From: Felis catus
Taxonomy: Eukaryota
Reading direction: 5' to 3'
Length of the DNA: 64,000 nucleotides
Assembly: GCF_018350175.1 (NCBI RefSeq)
Contig: NC_058370.1
Location: 55,862,001-55,926,000 of the forward strand
The stretch's first letter is position 1. Every line of letters begins with the position of its first letter. Both the position numbers and the translations under genes were made by a program. Below the pieces are notes generated by a model. It made no database searches. It was not told where the DNA came from and saw only the letters and a program-made list of their open reading frames with translations. Positions 25,561 through 37,178 of this stretch are shown here, in pieces.

Positions 25561-28500
25561 AGCTATAATTCTCAGAAAAACCAACTCTGATCAACTCTGA
25601 GTTTCAGTTGGCTTTTTTGTGGTACAGGCACTAAGTTCTAAAGATTCTTATGCATTGTTGCCATTTGTGGGATTGGAGGATGAGGGATCCTGTTCTAACT
25701 GATTTTCTTATAAAGGTCCCAGAATCCTCCTCAACTTGACTGCTTAGTGGGACAGAGTGTAGGTCAGTAGACTCCCTCTAAGATCTATTGTCTGGACCGC
25801 TGGACTTACAGTCTCATCCTTTGATGCTTACTATAAAGCACTGACAGAGGGTTTTTGACTCTAGTCAGTCCTCTCCTTGTGCCTTTCTCCTGTCCATGGA
25901 ATGCCCATGAATAACTTTGTGCAGTGCCCATGAGCTGTTTTACCTCCATGGCCTGCCTTCTGCTGGGCGTTCAAAGGATATCCATTGGAATTACTGACAA
26001 ATTTTAGTGGCCCTTGTAGCAAAAGTTATCTTGCAAGATGACTTCAACAGAAAAAGAATGTGGAAGAGAAATGGTGAATTCTTCAGTTGAGATAGGACGT
26101 TATTCACATTATTTACATGTACCTATCACCTTTGCTCTCTCCTCAAAGAGCCATGCAAGAGAAGACATCGAAACATCTTTTGAGTTCTTAAGAAAAAAGA
26201 CGCAAAGGTAAAGATACACTTGACTTTGCAAAAACATCCAATATGATTCAAAAACCACCACAGCTTCCTAACTAACACGGAACTTCCCCATATCCATCTA
26301 TAGGCTCGCTCTGCCTGCAAAGAGTGGGGACCACACGATGGTCCAAACAAACTGGGCAGAAAACCAGGCATTTCCCCAGATCAGGGGAAACGGTCTAGAG
26401 AGGATCGGTGAAAGGAGCGGTTCTGATTCCAGAAAAGTCTCCCCCAGTTACTCACTGCATTCTGACTACGGGGGAGAACAAGTCCTATCACAGAAGACTT
26501 GTAGGAAAAAAGGGCAGGTCAACAATAGAAAGCAATTTTCGAAAGATATCAGATCTCAGACGATGGGTAACAGGAGAAATGAAAGCAACATGTTTCACAT
26601 GTGGCGCAATGGCAATCAAACGCTGGAGAGATGGAAAAGCAAAATGACTAATAGGCAGAAACAGAGGAGAGTCGAAAGTCAGAAAATCAGTTTATGGGGA
26701 TAAGTCCCATAACATTGAAGGAATGGAGAAAACACACAAACGATAGGATCCTGATCTTTGGGTAATAAATAAGGCAATTTGCATGCACAAGTGGCTCAAA
26801 ATGGAATTGTATGGGAAGAAAACCAAGCAATAATTCAAAGTGAAAAATCATCCCATCCTCAAATAAGAATGCAACTCCTCTTATCAAATAATATAGTCAA
26901 CCAACCAGTTCTCGTCAATGTGGAGAAGTACTTTTGGTAGAGGGTTCAGTGTAAGATTCACGAAGGCTCATGGGGGAAGAGTGACTGTGTTTTTCTGAAG
27001 GCCAAGGTCATGACCTTTAGACATAAAGCACTTGCTATGTTTTTGGTGCTGTTGGTATTATCATTGTTAGTTCCATAAGGAAAAATTGAAAGGGTAAGTG
27101 GGCCAAGGAGAGGAAAGCATTCATGAGATAGTCTTTTAAAAATAAAAAGCCCACACTGCCATTTAGAATGGGTGAAACATAATGAAATTACAGATAGAGT
27201 TTGTATTCTGTCCTCCTAACATTTTGGAACTATTTTATTATACAGCAAGACTTCCCCAAACAGATAAATAACGGTAATCAAGGCTTCCATTTATTTCTGC
27301 TAGAACACGGAGGTAACTGCATCATTTGGGTAACTCTGGTAATACCAATAGGCACTAGAATAGACATATACACAGAGGGGAAACATGTCAGATTAATTGT
27401 ACTCTAAGACCAGAAGCATGGCAGACAATGCCAATATCTTAATTAGGACGTGCTTACAATTGGTCAGTCCTTCTGGATGGTAATTCTTTGTGCTCGGAGA
27501 TGATCTAACAGTCTTACTCTATTTTCCCTGTGAATCCAAGAATAGTCTAAAGACTTAATTGTCTAGTACGGCTAAAGAAGGGGCAGTTTGGATTTTCTGG
27601 GTACCGGAAATACAAACAATTAGAGTCAAAAACTATGGTCTCTATCCATTTTTACTGGTCATTTCCCCAAATGCATTATAAGGGAGTTTCACACAGGCAT
27701 ACTTATCTTGCTCAAATTCAAGTACATGAATTTCTGACAGGAGTTATGATGAACACACACAGAGAGAGAGAGAATTGTCACAGTTGGGGCAATGTCCCCC
27801 GTCTTCCCTTCACCATGAGTCTTGCCATGGGGTAACTGCACGGCGAGACGTGTGTTGGCTCTTTAAATGGCCACAGTCCCTGTATCTCAGAGCAAGATAC
27901 CTGTCCTCTCTGAGTGGGTTCTGGGAGTCTATGTGTAGGAAATGCTACTCACACAGCGTTACATCTAAATATTAGACCGTTGTTACCATCTGTCGTTCAG
28001 CCTTGGAAACAATGATCTATTCCAGTCTGGGAGGAAAAATGGTCGGGAGTGAATTTATCACGAGTTAGGACCATTCTTCATTTTATAGCCGGTAGATATA
28101 AAGGAATTTTTGCTTCAAGGGTGATTCAGACCATCTTGCTTTTCACTTTACCTGAAATCCTCACCTCTAAGTGAGATGTGACCCTACTTTATATACATAT
28201 TCACCATAATAAATCAAGTGAGTTTTAACTTGAGGGCCATGATTATTACATAATCTGCATGATAAATGTTTAATTGATTGATAAATTCATGTTATCCTTT
28301 TTCTTTTTAGTCATTTGCTCCTTGGTCCTAAAAATATAGTCCAGAAACAGCAGCAGTATAAATGGTATGTAATGTTTTAGAAGAAAATGGTACAGTGAGG
28401 GATAGTTAAACATCTTTATATCATAAATCACTGAATTCTTTATTTCTTTGATTAAGCCACATTAAAATATCTCTATTATCTCATCAAAAATGGCTTCTAC

Positions 28501-28595
28501 CTGCTGTTGATGATAATCTCTTGCTTGCACTATACCTATACTGCTCAATGCACTTGACATTAGCCACGTGTGGCTATTTAAATTTCCAATATGTA

Positions 28596-28817
28596 GGGGC
28601 GCCTGGGTGGCGCAGTCGGTTAAGCGTCCGACTTCAGCCAGGTCACGATCTCGCGGTCCGTGAGTTCGAGCCCCGCGTCGGGCTCTGGGCTGATGGCTCA
28701 GAGCCTGGAGCCTGTTTCCGATTGTGTGTCTCCCTCTCTCTCTGCCCCTCCCCTGTTCATGCTCTGTCTCTCTCTGTCCCAAAAATAAATAAACGTTGAA
28801 AAAAAATTAAAAAAAAA
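28596..28817 (+). mobile_element. Can-SINE, young felid type
   Basis: Perfect TSD TAAATTTCCAATATGTA at 28579-28595 and 28818-28834. Confidence 0.98.
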
Positions 28818-28846
28818 TAAATTTCCAATATGTAAAAGTAAGTATA

Positions 28847-29080
28847 GGGGCACCTGGGTGGTTCAGTTGGATAAGCGTCTGACTTTTGGTTTCGGTGCAG
28901 GTCATGATTTCACGGTTTGCTGGATTGAGCCCCAAGCCTGACTCTATGCTCACAGCATAGAGACTGCTTGGGATTCTCTTTCTCCCTCTCTCTCTGCCAC
29001 TCCCCTGCTTATGTACATGTGCACACACACACACACACACACACTTTCTCTCTCAAAACAAATAAACTGATTAAAAGCAA
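28847..29080 (+). mobile_element. Can-SINE (older) containing (CA)n
   Basis: GGGGCACCTGGGTGGTTCAG head; CA repeat at about 29022-29044. Confidence 0.92.
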
Positions 29081-29939
29081 TAAAATAAAATTAAGAATAA
29101 TGCAAATTCAACTTTTTAGTAACGTTGGCCCCATTTTAAGTGCCCAATAGCTACCTATGTCTTGTGGTTATCATAAAAGACATAGGTAAAACATGTCTAC
29201 ATCATTAGAGAAAGTTCTATACATCATTAGAGAAAGTTCTATTGGACAGAGCTTCACTAGATGTTTAATTTGAAAATTGAAGAAATTTCACATTCCAATT
29301 AAATTCTAGGGGCTTTTTTTTCTCTTCAGAGTCAAAATAGGTTTTCTGCTGTTTATTACTACTTGCTTTTTAAAAAAATTTTTTTTTTCTTTTTGTTGGT
29401 CTCAAGATATACTGGTGTTTTTGTTGTTCAAAGACGGTAGAATTTGAAATTGTGGATTATTTGAATTATACAGACAAAGCTATGCTTTGTAGAAATAAAC
29501 CATTTAAAATAGATGGTATAATTTACATGGCTTTTTGGAGTAGTAAAGTAGTTCGATATGTTTAGCTCTTCTGTCAATAACAATGTAAGATCAGAACAAA
29601 AAGCAAACATACACAGACAACACAAACAATTTCCAGTTCCTTTTGAGAGACACAGAGCAGGCAGAAACTTAGTGGAGAGAGGTGTGACTTTGAAAGGTGG
29701 ATTATGGCAGATAAGATTGGAGGTTTGAGGCCTTTTTATGGACACTCTCTAATTGGAATACGGCTCCGGCTGCCTTGCTGGCTTGAGATTTCAAGAGACA
29801 CTTTAGAGGCTGGTCAAACAGCCACCAAAAAGTACAGGAACAGGTCATTGTAGGTGAGAGTTGCAAAAGTTGGTGAACTCCACATTCGTGCAAAATCTTT
29901 TCCCGGATCCTTAGATTCCTATCAAACAACATTTAGTTG

Positions 29940-32540
29940 GAGACCTTGGGAGCACAACAGAAAAGCATCAGTGGAGGCTGAAATAATTAAGCAGAGACTT
30001 TAGCTGCTACCTACCACATGGGAGACCAAGTTTACAGCCCAAGTCCAGCTAGATTAAGAGCCTGCTATTGCAAAAGTCATTTTTTAGAGGATCATTATGG
30101 GATCCAGAGCCTCAATAACATACTATTTTTAATGGCCAGTACCAAAATTTTAAAAATCACTATATATTTAATGAAACAGGAAAATACGACCCACATCAGG
30201 AAAAATAAAACAAGTCGATGGAAAGTCACCTTGAGGTAACTCAGAAGTTATAATTAGCAGGCAAGGGCTTTAAAATAGCTATTATAAATAGTCAATGACA
30301 TAGAGGCAAAAACACACACATAATAAACTAAGATATATGGAATACCAGCAGAGAAACAGAAACTGTACAGAGTAACTAAATGTAAATTCTGGAATTGCAA
30401 AGTATAGTAACAGAAAAAAGAAATAATTGGATGGGTTTAAGAGCAGACTAAATAAAATAATTAATTAAATTAATTAATTAAATTAATTAAATGACTAAAT
30501 AAAATAAATAATTAAAGGAAAAGTTAGTGAGCTTGAGGATAAATCAGTAGAAATTATCCAATCAAAAAAACAGAGAAACATGATTGAAATAAAATCATCA
30601 CAGCCTTAGAGGTCTGTGAGACTGCTTCAAGTATTCTAACATGTATAACTGGAGCCTCAGAGGAGAGGACAGACAGATGGGCAGAAAACATATTTTAAGA
30701 ATTAATGGCCAAAATCTTCCCAAATTTGGTGCAACACCCAAGAATCTCAATGAGTCCAAAAGATAAGAAGAAAGTCAAACCTGGACATATTGGAAATAAA
30801 AAGGTAAAAAACAGGACAACTGGGTGGCTAAGTTGGTAAAGTGTCTGACTTGATTTTGGCTCAGGTCATGATCTCACAGTTGAGATCTAGCCATCGATCT
30901 GCATTGGGATCTGCACTGAGTGTAGAAACTGTCTGGGATTCTCTCTCTACCCCTGTCTCTGCCCCTCCCTCATTCTCTCTCTCTCTCTCTCACACACACA
31001 CAATAAATAAATAAACTTTTTATAAAAGGTAAAACCAAAGATCAAGAGAAAATCATGGAATCAGGTTTAGAAGAACAACATATAACACGAAGAGAAAAAT
31101 GATAAAAAATGATGACTGACTTCTCATCAGAAGAAATGAAGGCCAGAACTCAAACAAAGCAATCTCAATACAAATTAACTGTACCTTTAAAATGATGAAA
31201 GAAAAAAAATATGTCACTCAGAATTCTATGATCAGTGAACACATCCTTCAAAACTGAGGATGAAATAAAACACTTTAAATCAAAGAAGCCTAGAGAATTT
31301 ATTACCAGCAGAATTACATTGCAAGGAAGGCTATAGGCCATTCCTCAGGCCAAAGGGGGAATAACAGAAGGAATGAAGTCCAGTAAAAAAGACAAGTAGT
31401 TGGGAATCATGAGAGATTCTATATGTAAATTTATTTTCTTCTCTTAATTTTATTTGAGACGTAGATCTCTTCAAAACAAATCATAACTCTGTTGAAAACT
31501 TTATCATGGTTGTTGACATAATTGATATGATAGCAATAGTAAAGGGAAGTAAATGGAATGACACTTTTGCAAGGTTCTTATATTTTATGTAAAATAGCAC
31601 AATATTAACTCAGGGTGAGTTAATCTAAAGAGACACATTATAATTCCTAGAGGATCCACTAAAAAGGCAAAGAGGCGTAGATTAAAAAGCCAATAGACAG
31701 GTCAAAATGGACTAGTAGGCACATTAAGTTATTTCAAAAGAAGACAGGAAAGGAGAAACAGAGAAACCAAAAACACAAATATAAAACAAAAAACAAAATC
31801 ACAAACCTAAACACAACTGTATCTATGACTACATTAAGTATAAATGAATCAAATACTACAACTAAAAGGGAGAGAATGTAGGGTTGGATAACAAAAGCAA
31901 TATCCTACACTATGTTGTCTATAAGAGACATACTTAAAATGCAAAGACACAAAGAGATTTAAAGCTAAACGAATAGAAAAAGGTGTATGTGCAAATGCTA
32001 ATTGTAGAGGCTGGCATGTCTATGTTAAGACCAAAGTAGATTTTAAGAAAAGGAGCGTCAGTAGAGGTAAACGCACATTTCAATGACAATAAAAGGGGCA
32101 GTACATCTGGATGACATAATTATGTGCTTAATTATTATGTACATGATTATTAATATACATATTAATGTGCACATAATAATTATGATGTCCTAAAAATAGA
32201 GTTTCACAATAAAAGCTCTCAGAACTAAAAGGAGAAATAAACCACTGCAATCACAATGGCAGATGTAATACTCCTCTCTACCGCAATCAGTCATTTTCCA
32301 GAACTAGAAAAATCAGTAAAGGTAGAGAAGATGTGAATAACACAATTAAGAAGCTTGATCTAATTGATGTTTATAGAACACAGTTTTCTATAACTGCAGA
32401 ATACATGGTCTTTTCAAGCGTGGGTGGAATGTTCACCAAGGTTGGTCATCTGTTAGACTATCAAATAAATCTGAAATTTCAAAAGCGTGACATCTGAAAG
32501 AATATGTTCTCTGAAAAAAAAAGAAGGAATTAAATTAAAA
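29940..32540 (+). mobile_element. Ancient L1 internal fragment (ORF1 to ORF2 endonuclease region), degenerate
   Basis: A-rich plus strand with L1 landmarks: CTTCCCAAATTTGGTG, GACTTCTCATCAGAAG, TTTATTACCAGCAG, ATGTTGTCTATAAGAGACA, GAACTAAAAGGAGAAATA and CTGCAGAATACATGGTCTTTTCAAG. Confidence 0.85.
30813..31020 (+). mobile_element. Can-SINE (older) nested in L1
   Basis: CTGGGTGGCT...GCTCAGGTCATGATCTC...AATAAA; TSD approximately AAAAGGTAAAA. Confidence 0.88.
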
Positions 32541-33274
32541 TATATGGTTCAGCGTCTTCTGAAAATCAGGTTTTGCATTTCTACAGAGTGAAGATTATAA
32601 TATTCAGACAGAACTCACTAACGCATGTTAATACTTCTATAAATAAAATTATGATGATTTGAAGTTAGGATTTCAACATAGAAATTTTAGAAGCAGAGGA
32701 ACACATCAGACTTAGTGCTGAAACTGAAAAGTAAGTTGTCAGTAGAACAAGATAGCTCAACATAGATTCACTGGACAGAAAAGCAGGCTTGATCTTGCTC
32801 TAAAATGTTATAAGCAGCTAGTGCCAATTAAATCTGTCTACATTAAAAATATATATGATACTCCTACATTTGGATTGAGATATAAAGTGAAAAGTTTTTT
32901 GCAAGATAATTTGTCAGTATGTTTCATAAGTCTTGGAACAGATCCTCTTATGCCACTTTTCAAAAGAATATTGCCTGAAATGTTCTGGTTTGTATGACCA
33001 AAAATATCCAGTACAGTGTTATTGATATGTTAGTCTTATTATAGAATATTATTTTGGTTTTATTATAGAATATTATTCACACAAGAATAAGTTCATAATA
33101 TATTGCTAAGCAACACAATCGGATTGTATAAAAAGTGTGAGCAGAACGGTAGCATTCTATAAAAATTATGTATCTATAATGCCTTAGAAAAATTATGAAA
33201 GAATAAATATCAGGTAATTAATAGTATTTTCTCTGGTGACTGTTTTCTTTTGCGCTTTCACTAACAAAATATTC

Positions 33275-33487
33275 TTTTTTTTTTCAACGTTTATTTATTT
33301 TTGGGACAGAGAGAGACAGAGCATGAACGGGGGAGGGGCAGAGAGAGAGGGAGACACAGAATCGGAAACAGGCTCCAGGCTCTGAGCCATCAGCCTAGAG
33401 CCTGACGCGGGACTCGAACTCACGGACCGCGAGATCGTGACCTGGCTGAAGTCGGACGCTTAACCGACTGCGCCACCCAGGCGCCCC
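33275..33487 (-). mobile_element. Can-SINE, young felid type
   Basis: Near-consensus reverse copy flanked by AACAAAATATT. Confidence 0.97.
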
Positions 33488-33500
33488 AAACAAAATATTT

Positions 33501-33720
33501 AAAAAAAATTTTTTTTTAATGTTTATTTATTTTTGACAGAGAGAAAGGCAGAGCATGAGTGGGGGAGGGGCAGAGAGAGAGGGAGACACAGAATCCGAAG
33601 CAGGCTCCAGGCTCTGAGCTGTCAGCACAGAGCCCCACGCGACGCTCGAACTCACGAACCGCGAGATCATGACCTGAGCCCAAGTTGGACGCTCAACTGA
33701 CTGAGCCACCCAGGCGCCCC
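33501..33720 (-). mobile_element. Can-SINE (felid)
   Basis: Reverse copy followed by AACAAAATATTCTT. Confidence 0.96.
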
Positions 33721-33829
33721 AACAAAATATTCTTCAAAAATACGTAATATTAGACTTTGTCACAACTAAGGCCTAATTGTGTTCTTAATATCATGACTTA
33801 ACATATATACTTAACATACCTAACATATT

Positions 33830-34040
33830 TGACATACGACGGACTCGGTATTGAGTTTTAGTGCTTTGTGTATGTTATACCATTTATTCGTTGCAGCAAA
33901 TAATAAATATTTCCATTTTATAGAGGGGACAGTGAGATAGAGATTGAGTAATTTGCCCAAATGGGTGCAGGCAGCATGTGGTCAAGCTGAGACTTGGTCC
34001 CAAGACTGACTCCAGAGCGGCTGCTCTTAAATCCTGTGCC
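33830..34040 (-). mobile_element. MIR SINE
   Basis: CCATTTTATAGAGGGGACAGTGAG...GAGTAATTTGCCCAA...CTGACTCCAGAGC...GCTCTTAA. Confidence 0.85.
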
Positions 34041-34965
34041 ACCGAATCCACCAGAACACATTTCTATCCATGAGAGGCAAAAATACTAAAAGAGAAAATT
34101 GCTCAGTAACAAGATACCATTCCTTGGAGACCAGGAAAAGAAAAGTAAATGCATAGTGCTGAGGCCAATGGGGATACCTGTTGGGAAGTATGTGGAAATG
34201 GATGGGATTTTGCTACCGGAGGTAACAGAGCCCAAAGATGTTTCAAATAAGTTGGGGGGGGGGGCAGGAAATTGGGATCGCTGCTTGAAAACATAACTAG
34301 AGCAGAGCTCCCAGGTTGGCGAAGGGAGGCAGGTTATATTTGCCACCCGTGCTGTCAGGGACTAGTGCCTAGATGAATCTGTGTGTCCAGAAAAGAGGAT
34401 GACAGAGACCCCACTTGGTCATCAAGAACTGAACAAGCCATTCCTTGAGTGTATGCAGCGTCACTGAAAGGAAAGAAATCACTGTGATCGCTGTAACACC
34501 TGGTTCTGGAGTCAGGACCCTCAGGATGTGGAAGAGTGACCGGAAGAGCTCTACGCAGGGAGGAACACAGAAGGAGAGGTAAATAAATGCACACAACAAA
34601 ACCACACGTTTCACGGATGAACCTCGAGATGAAAATTGCAAAGCGTATCAGGGACTTGTAATGCTGAGAAAGAGAGCCAAGATGCCAAAAATGCACGACA
34701 GATAAAATCGAAACAACAGAAAGTTTTGAAAGCGGCTTTAAGTACGTTTAGGAATCATCGATGAGACAAATGAAGGAACAGGGCTTGTAACAAGAATAAT
34801 AAGTAAATCACAAAAGACAGGAGTGTAAAAGGCCATGTTGGAAATTTGGGGAATAACAAAAATACTAATTTATATAAAATTAGTATTTTATATACTAAAT
34901 TATAAACGACAAGGTGAATTCTAGAGTGGACATGTTCACAAGGGAATTAGAAAATTGAGAGATAT

Positions 34966-35162
34966 GGGGCTCCCGGGTGGCTCAGTCAGTGAAGCGTCCA
35001 ACTCTTGATTTTGCCTCAGGTCATGATTTAACAGTTCGTGAGATCGAGCCCCATGTCAGGAGCACAGAGTCTGCTTGGAATTCTCTCTCTCCCTCTTTCT
35101 CTCTGCCCCACCCCCACCCCCCCCTTGCTCACATGCTCACACTCTCTCTCCCCCTCTCAAAA

Positions 35163-35201
<39 letters not shown>

Positions 35202-35202
35202 A
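34966..35202 (+). mobile_element. Can-SINE with (TAAA)n tail
   Basis: TSD AGAAAATTGAGAGAT at 34949-34963 and 35203-35217; about 10 TAAA units. Confidence 0.95.
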
Positions 35203-35324
35203 AGAAAATTGAGAGATGGAATTGAGGGTTTCACCCAGAATATGCCTGTGTTGTCTGTCTCTTTCGTATCTCTATATCCATACACAGATGAATAAATACC
35301 CTTTCTACATATCTGTTCTAAAAA

Positions 35325-35620
35325 GGTACAAAGCTACATACTCAAAGTTACAAACTTTCAGTTATAAGGTAAGTAAGTCCTGGAGATATCAAGTACAGCA
35401 CAATGACCATAGTTAGTAAGATTGTATTGCATATTTGAAAGTTGCTGAGGGAGTAGATCTTAAAAGTTCTCATCACAAGAAAAACCAATTTGTAACTGTG
35501 TGAGGAGACAGATCTTATCTAGACTTAGTGTGGTGATCATTTCACAATACATGCATATATCAAATCATTACACTGTATACTTTAACACAGTGTTATACGT
35601 CAGTTAAATCTCCATAAAAT
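35325..35620 (+). mobile_element. L1 3'UTR end (L1MA9/carnivore-L1-like)
   Basis: ACAAACTTTCAGTTATAAG...TTGAAAGTTGCTGAG...GATCTTAAAAGTTCTCATCACAAG...GTGGTGATCATTTCACAATA. Confidence 0.85.
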
Positions 35621-35665
35621 ATATCGTGAGGAAATGAAGAAATGCAGGTATAGATATGTAAACTT

Positions 35666-36157
35666 CTTTTTTCTTTTTTTTTAAATTTCTTTTAGGGGCG
35701 CCTGGGTGGCGCAGTCGGTTAAGCGTCCGACTTCAGCCAGGTCACGATCTCGCGGTCCGTGAGTTCGAGCCCCGCGTCGGGCTCTGGGCTGATGGCTCAG
35801 AGCCTGGAGCCTGTTTCCGATTCTGTGTCTCCCTCTCTCTCTGCCCCTCCCCCGTTCATGCTCTGTCTCTCTCTGTCCCAAAACTAAATAAACGTTGAAA
35901 AAAAAAAACTATAAAAAAAAAAATAAATAAATTTCTTTTAACGTTTACTTATTATTGAGAGATGAGAGAGAGAGAGAGAGAGAGAGAGAGCATGAGCATG
36001 GGAGGGGCAGAGAGAGGAGGAGACACAGAGCCTGAAGCGGGCTCCAGGCTCTGAGCCGTCAGTACAGAGCCTGACGTGGGGCTCGAACCCACCAACCGTG
36101 AGATCGTGACCTGAGCAGAAGTCGGACGCCCAACCGACTGAGCCACCCAGGTGCCCC
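35666..36157 (-). mobile_element. Can-SINE host, with its tail interrupted by an inverted younger SINE
   Basis: Outer TSD ATATGTAAACTT at 35654-35665 and 36159-36170. Confidence 0.95.
35695..35927 (+). mobile_element. Can-SINE, young felid type, nested
   Basis: Inner TSD TAAATTTCTTTTA at 35682-35694 and 35928-35940. Confidence 0.97.
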
Positions 36158-36335
36158 AATATGTAAACTTTTAAACTTATGGAGGATAGGTCAAAAAACT
36201 GTGACATACGTCTAACAGGGCTCCAGGAAAAAGACACAGAAGGAATAGGGGAGGAGTAATATTGGATGAAGTAATGGGTGAAAATTTCCCAACATTGATT
36301 CAGGATATGTGTTCTTATATTAAAAATTCCATTCA

Positions 36336-36568
36336 GGGGCGCCTGGGTGGCTCAGTCGGTTGAGCGTCTGACTTCGGCTCAGGTCACGATCTCGCGGTCC
36401 GTGAGTTTGAGCCCCACGTCGGGCTCTGTGCTGACAGCTCAGAGCCTGGAGCCTGTTTCAGATTCTGTGTCTCCCTCTCTCTCTCTGCCCCTCCCCCGTT
36501 CATGCTCTGTCTCTCTCTGTCTCAAAAATAAATAAACGTTAAAAAAAATTAAAAAATAAATAAAAAAA
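36336..36568 (+). mobile_element. Can-SINE (felid)
   Basis: Full length; TSD AAAAATTC(C)ATTCA. Confidence 0.96.
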
Positions 36569-36964
36569 TAAAAATTCATTCAAATAAAGAATAAAAAAAA
36601 ACAGAAAGGAAATCCACATTTAGGTACATCATAGTGTGACAGCATAATATAAAAGAGCACATCGGAAAGAAAAGACAAGTTAGACAAAAGTCTTTAATGG
36701 CAGACATCTCATGAGCAGTAAATCGTACCGGAAGATGATGGGTAAATATATTCAGGGTCATCAACTTTAGATTCTATACCCAAGTAACTTATTATTCAGT
36801 AAAGAAAAAAAAATTTTTTTTTAAATTCAGAAATACGAAGACGGAGTTTACCACTTACAGACCCTATTGAAAACATTCCTGATGAAGTACTTCAGCAAGG
36901 GGAAAACAAATACAGAGTAGAATAGAAAAGTAATGTAAAACTGATAATACAATTGACTATAACA

Positions 36965-37178
36965 GGGGCGCCTGGGTGGCTCAGTCGGTTAAGCCTCTGA
37001 CTCTTGATTTCCGCTCGGGTCGTGATCTCTCAGTTTGTGAGACTGAGTCCTGCACCAGGCTCTGCACTGACAGTGTGGAGCAGGCTTGGGATTTTCTCTC
37101 TCTGCTCCTTCCTTGGGTGCCTCCTCTCTCTCTCTCTCTCTTTCTTAAAAATAAATAAATAAATGTAAAAATTTTAAA
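36965..37178 (+). mobile_element. Can-SINE (older)
   Basis: SINE head; TSD ATTGACTA(T/C)AAC. Confidence 0.93.

Larger units (their letters stand above)
28535..29253 (-). mobile_element. MER3-like hAT element interrupted by two Can-SINEs
   Basis: TAGCCACGTGTGGCTATTTAAATT...CATTTTAAGTGCCCAATAGCTAC...GAAAGTTCTATTGGACAG follows the MER3 pattern. Confidence 0.75.

Noticed and set aside
26149-26207. Plus-strand 59-nt exon-like segment (ctcctcaaag|...AAAG|gtaaag, SHAREDIETSFEFLRKKTQ)
   Set aside because: Isolated, with an unrecognised peptide and no partner exons; such pseudo-exons are common.
26408-26647. CFTCG motif suggesting a gag zinc knuckle
   Set aside because: The H and final C of CX2CX4HX4C are missing, and there are no other gag or pol motifs nearby.
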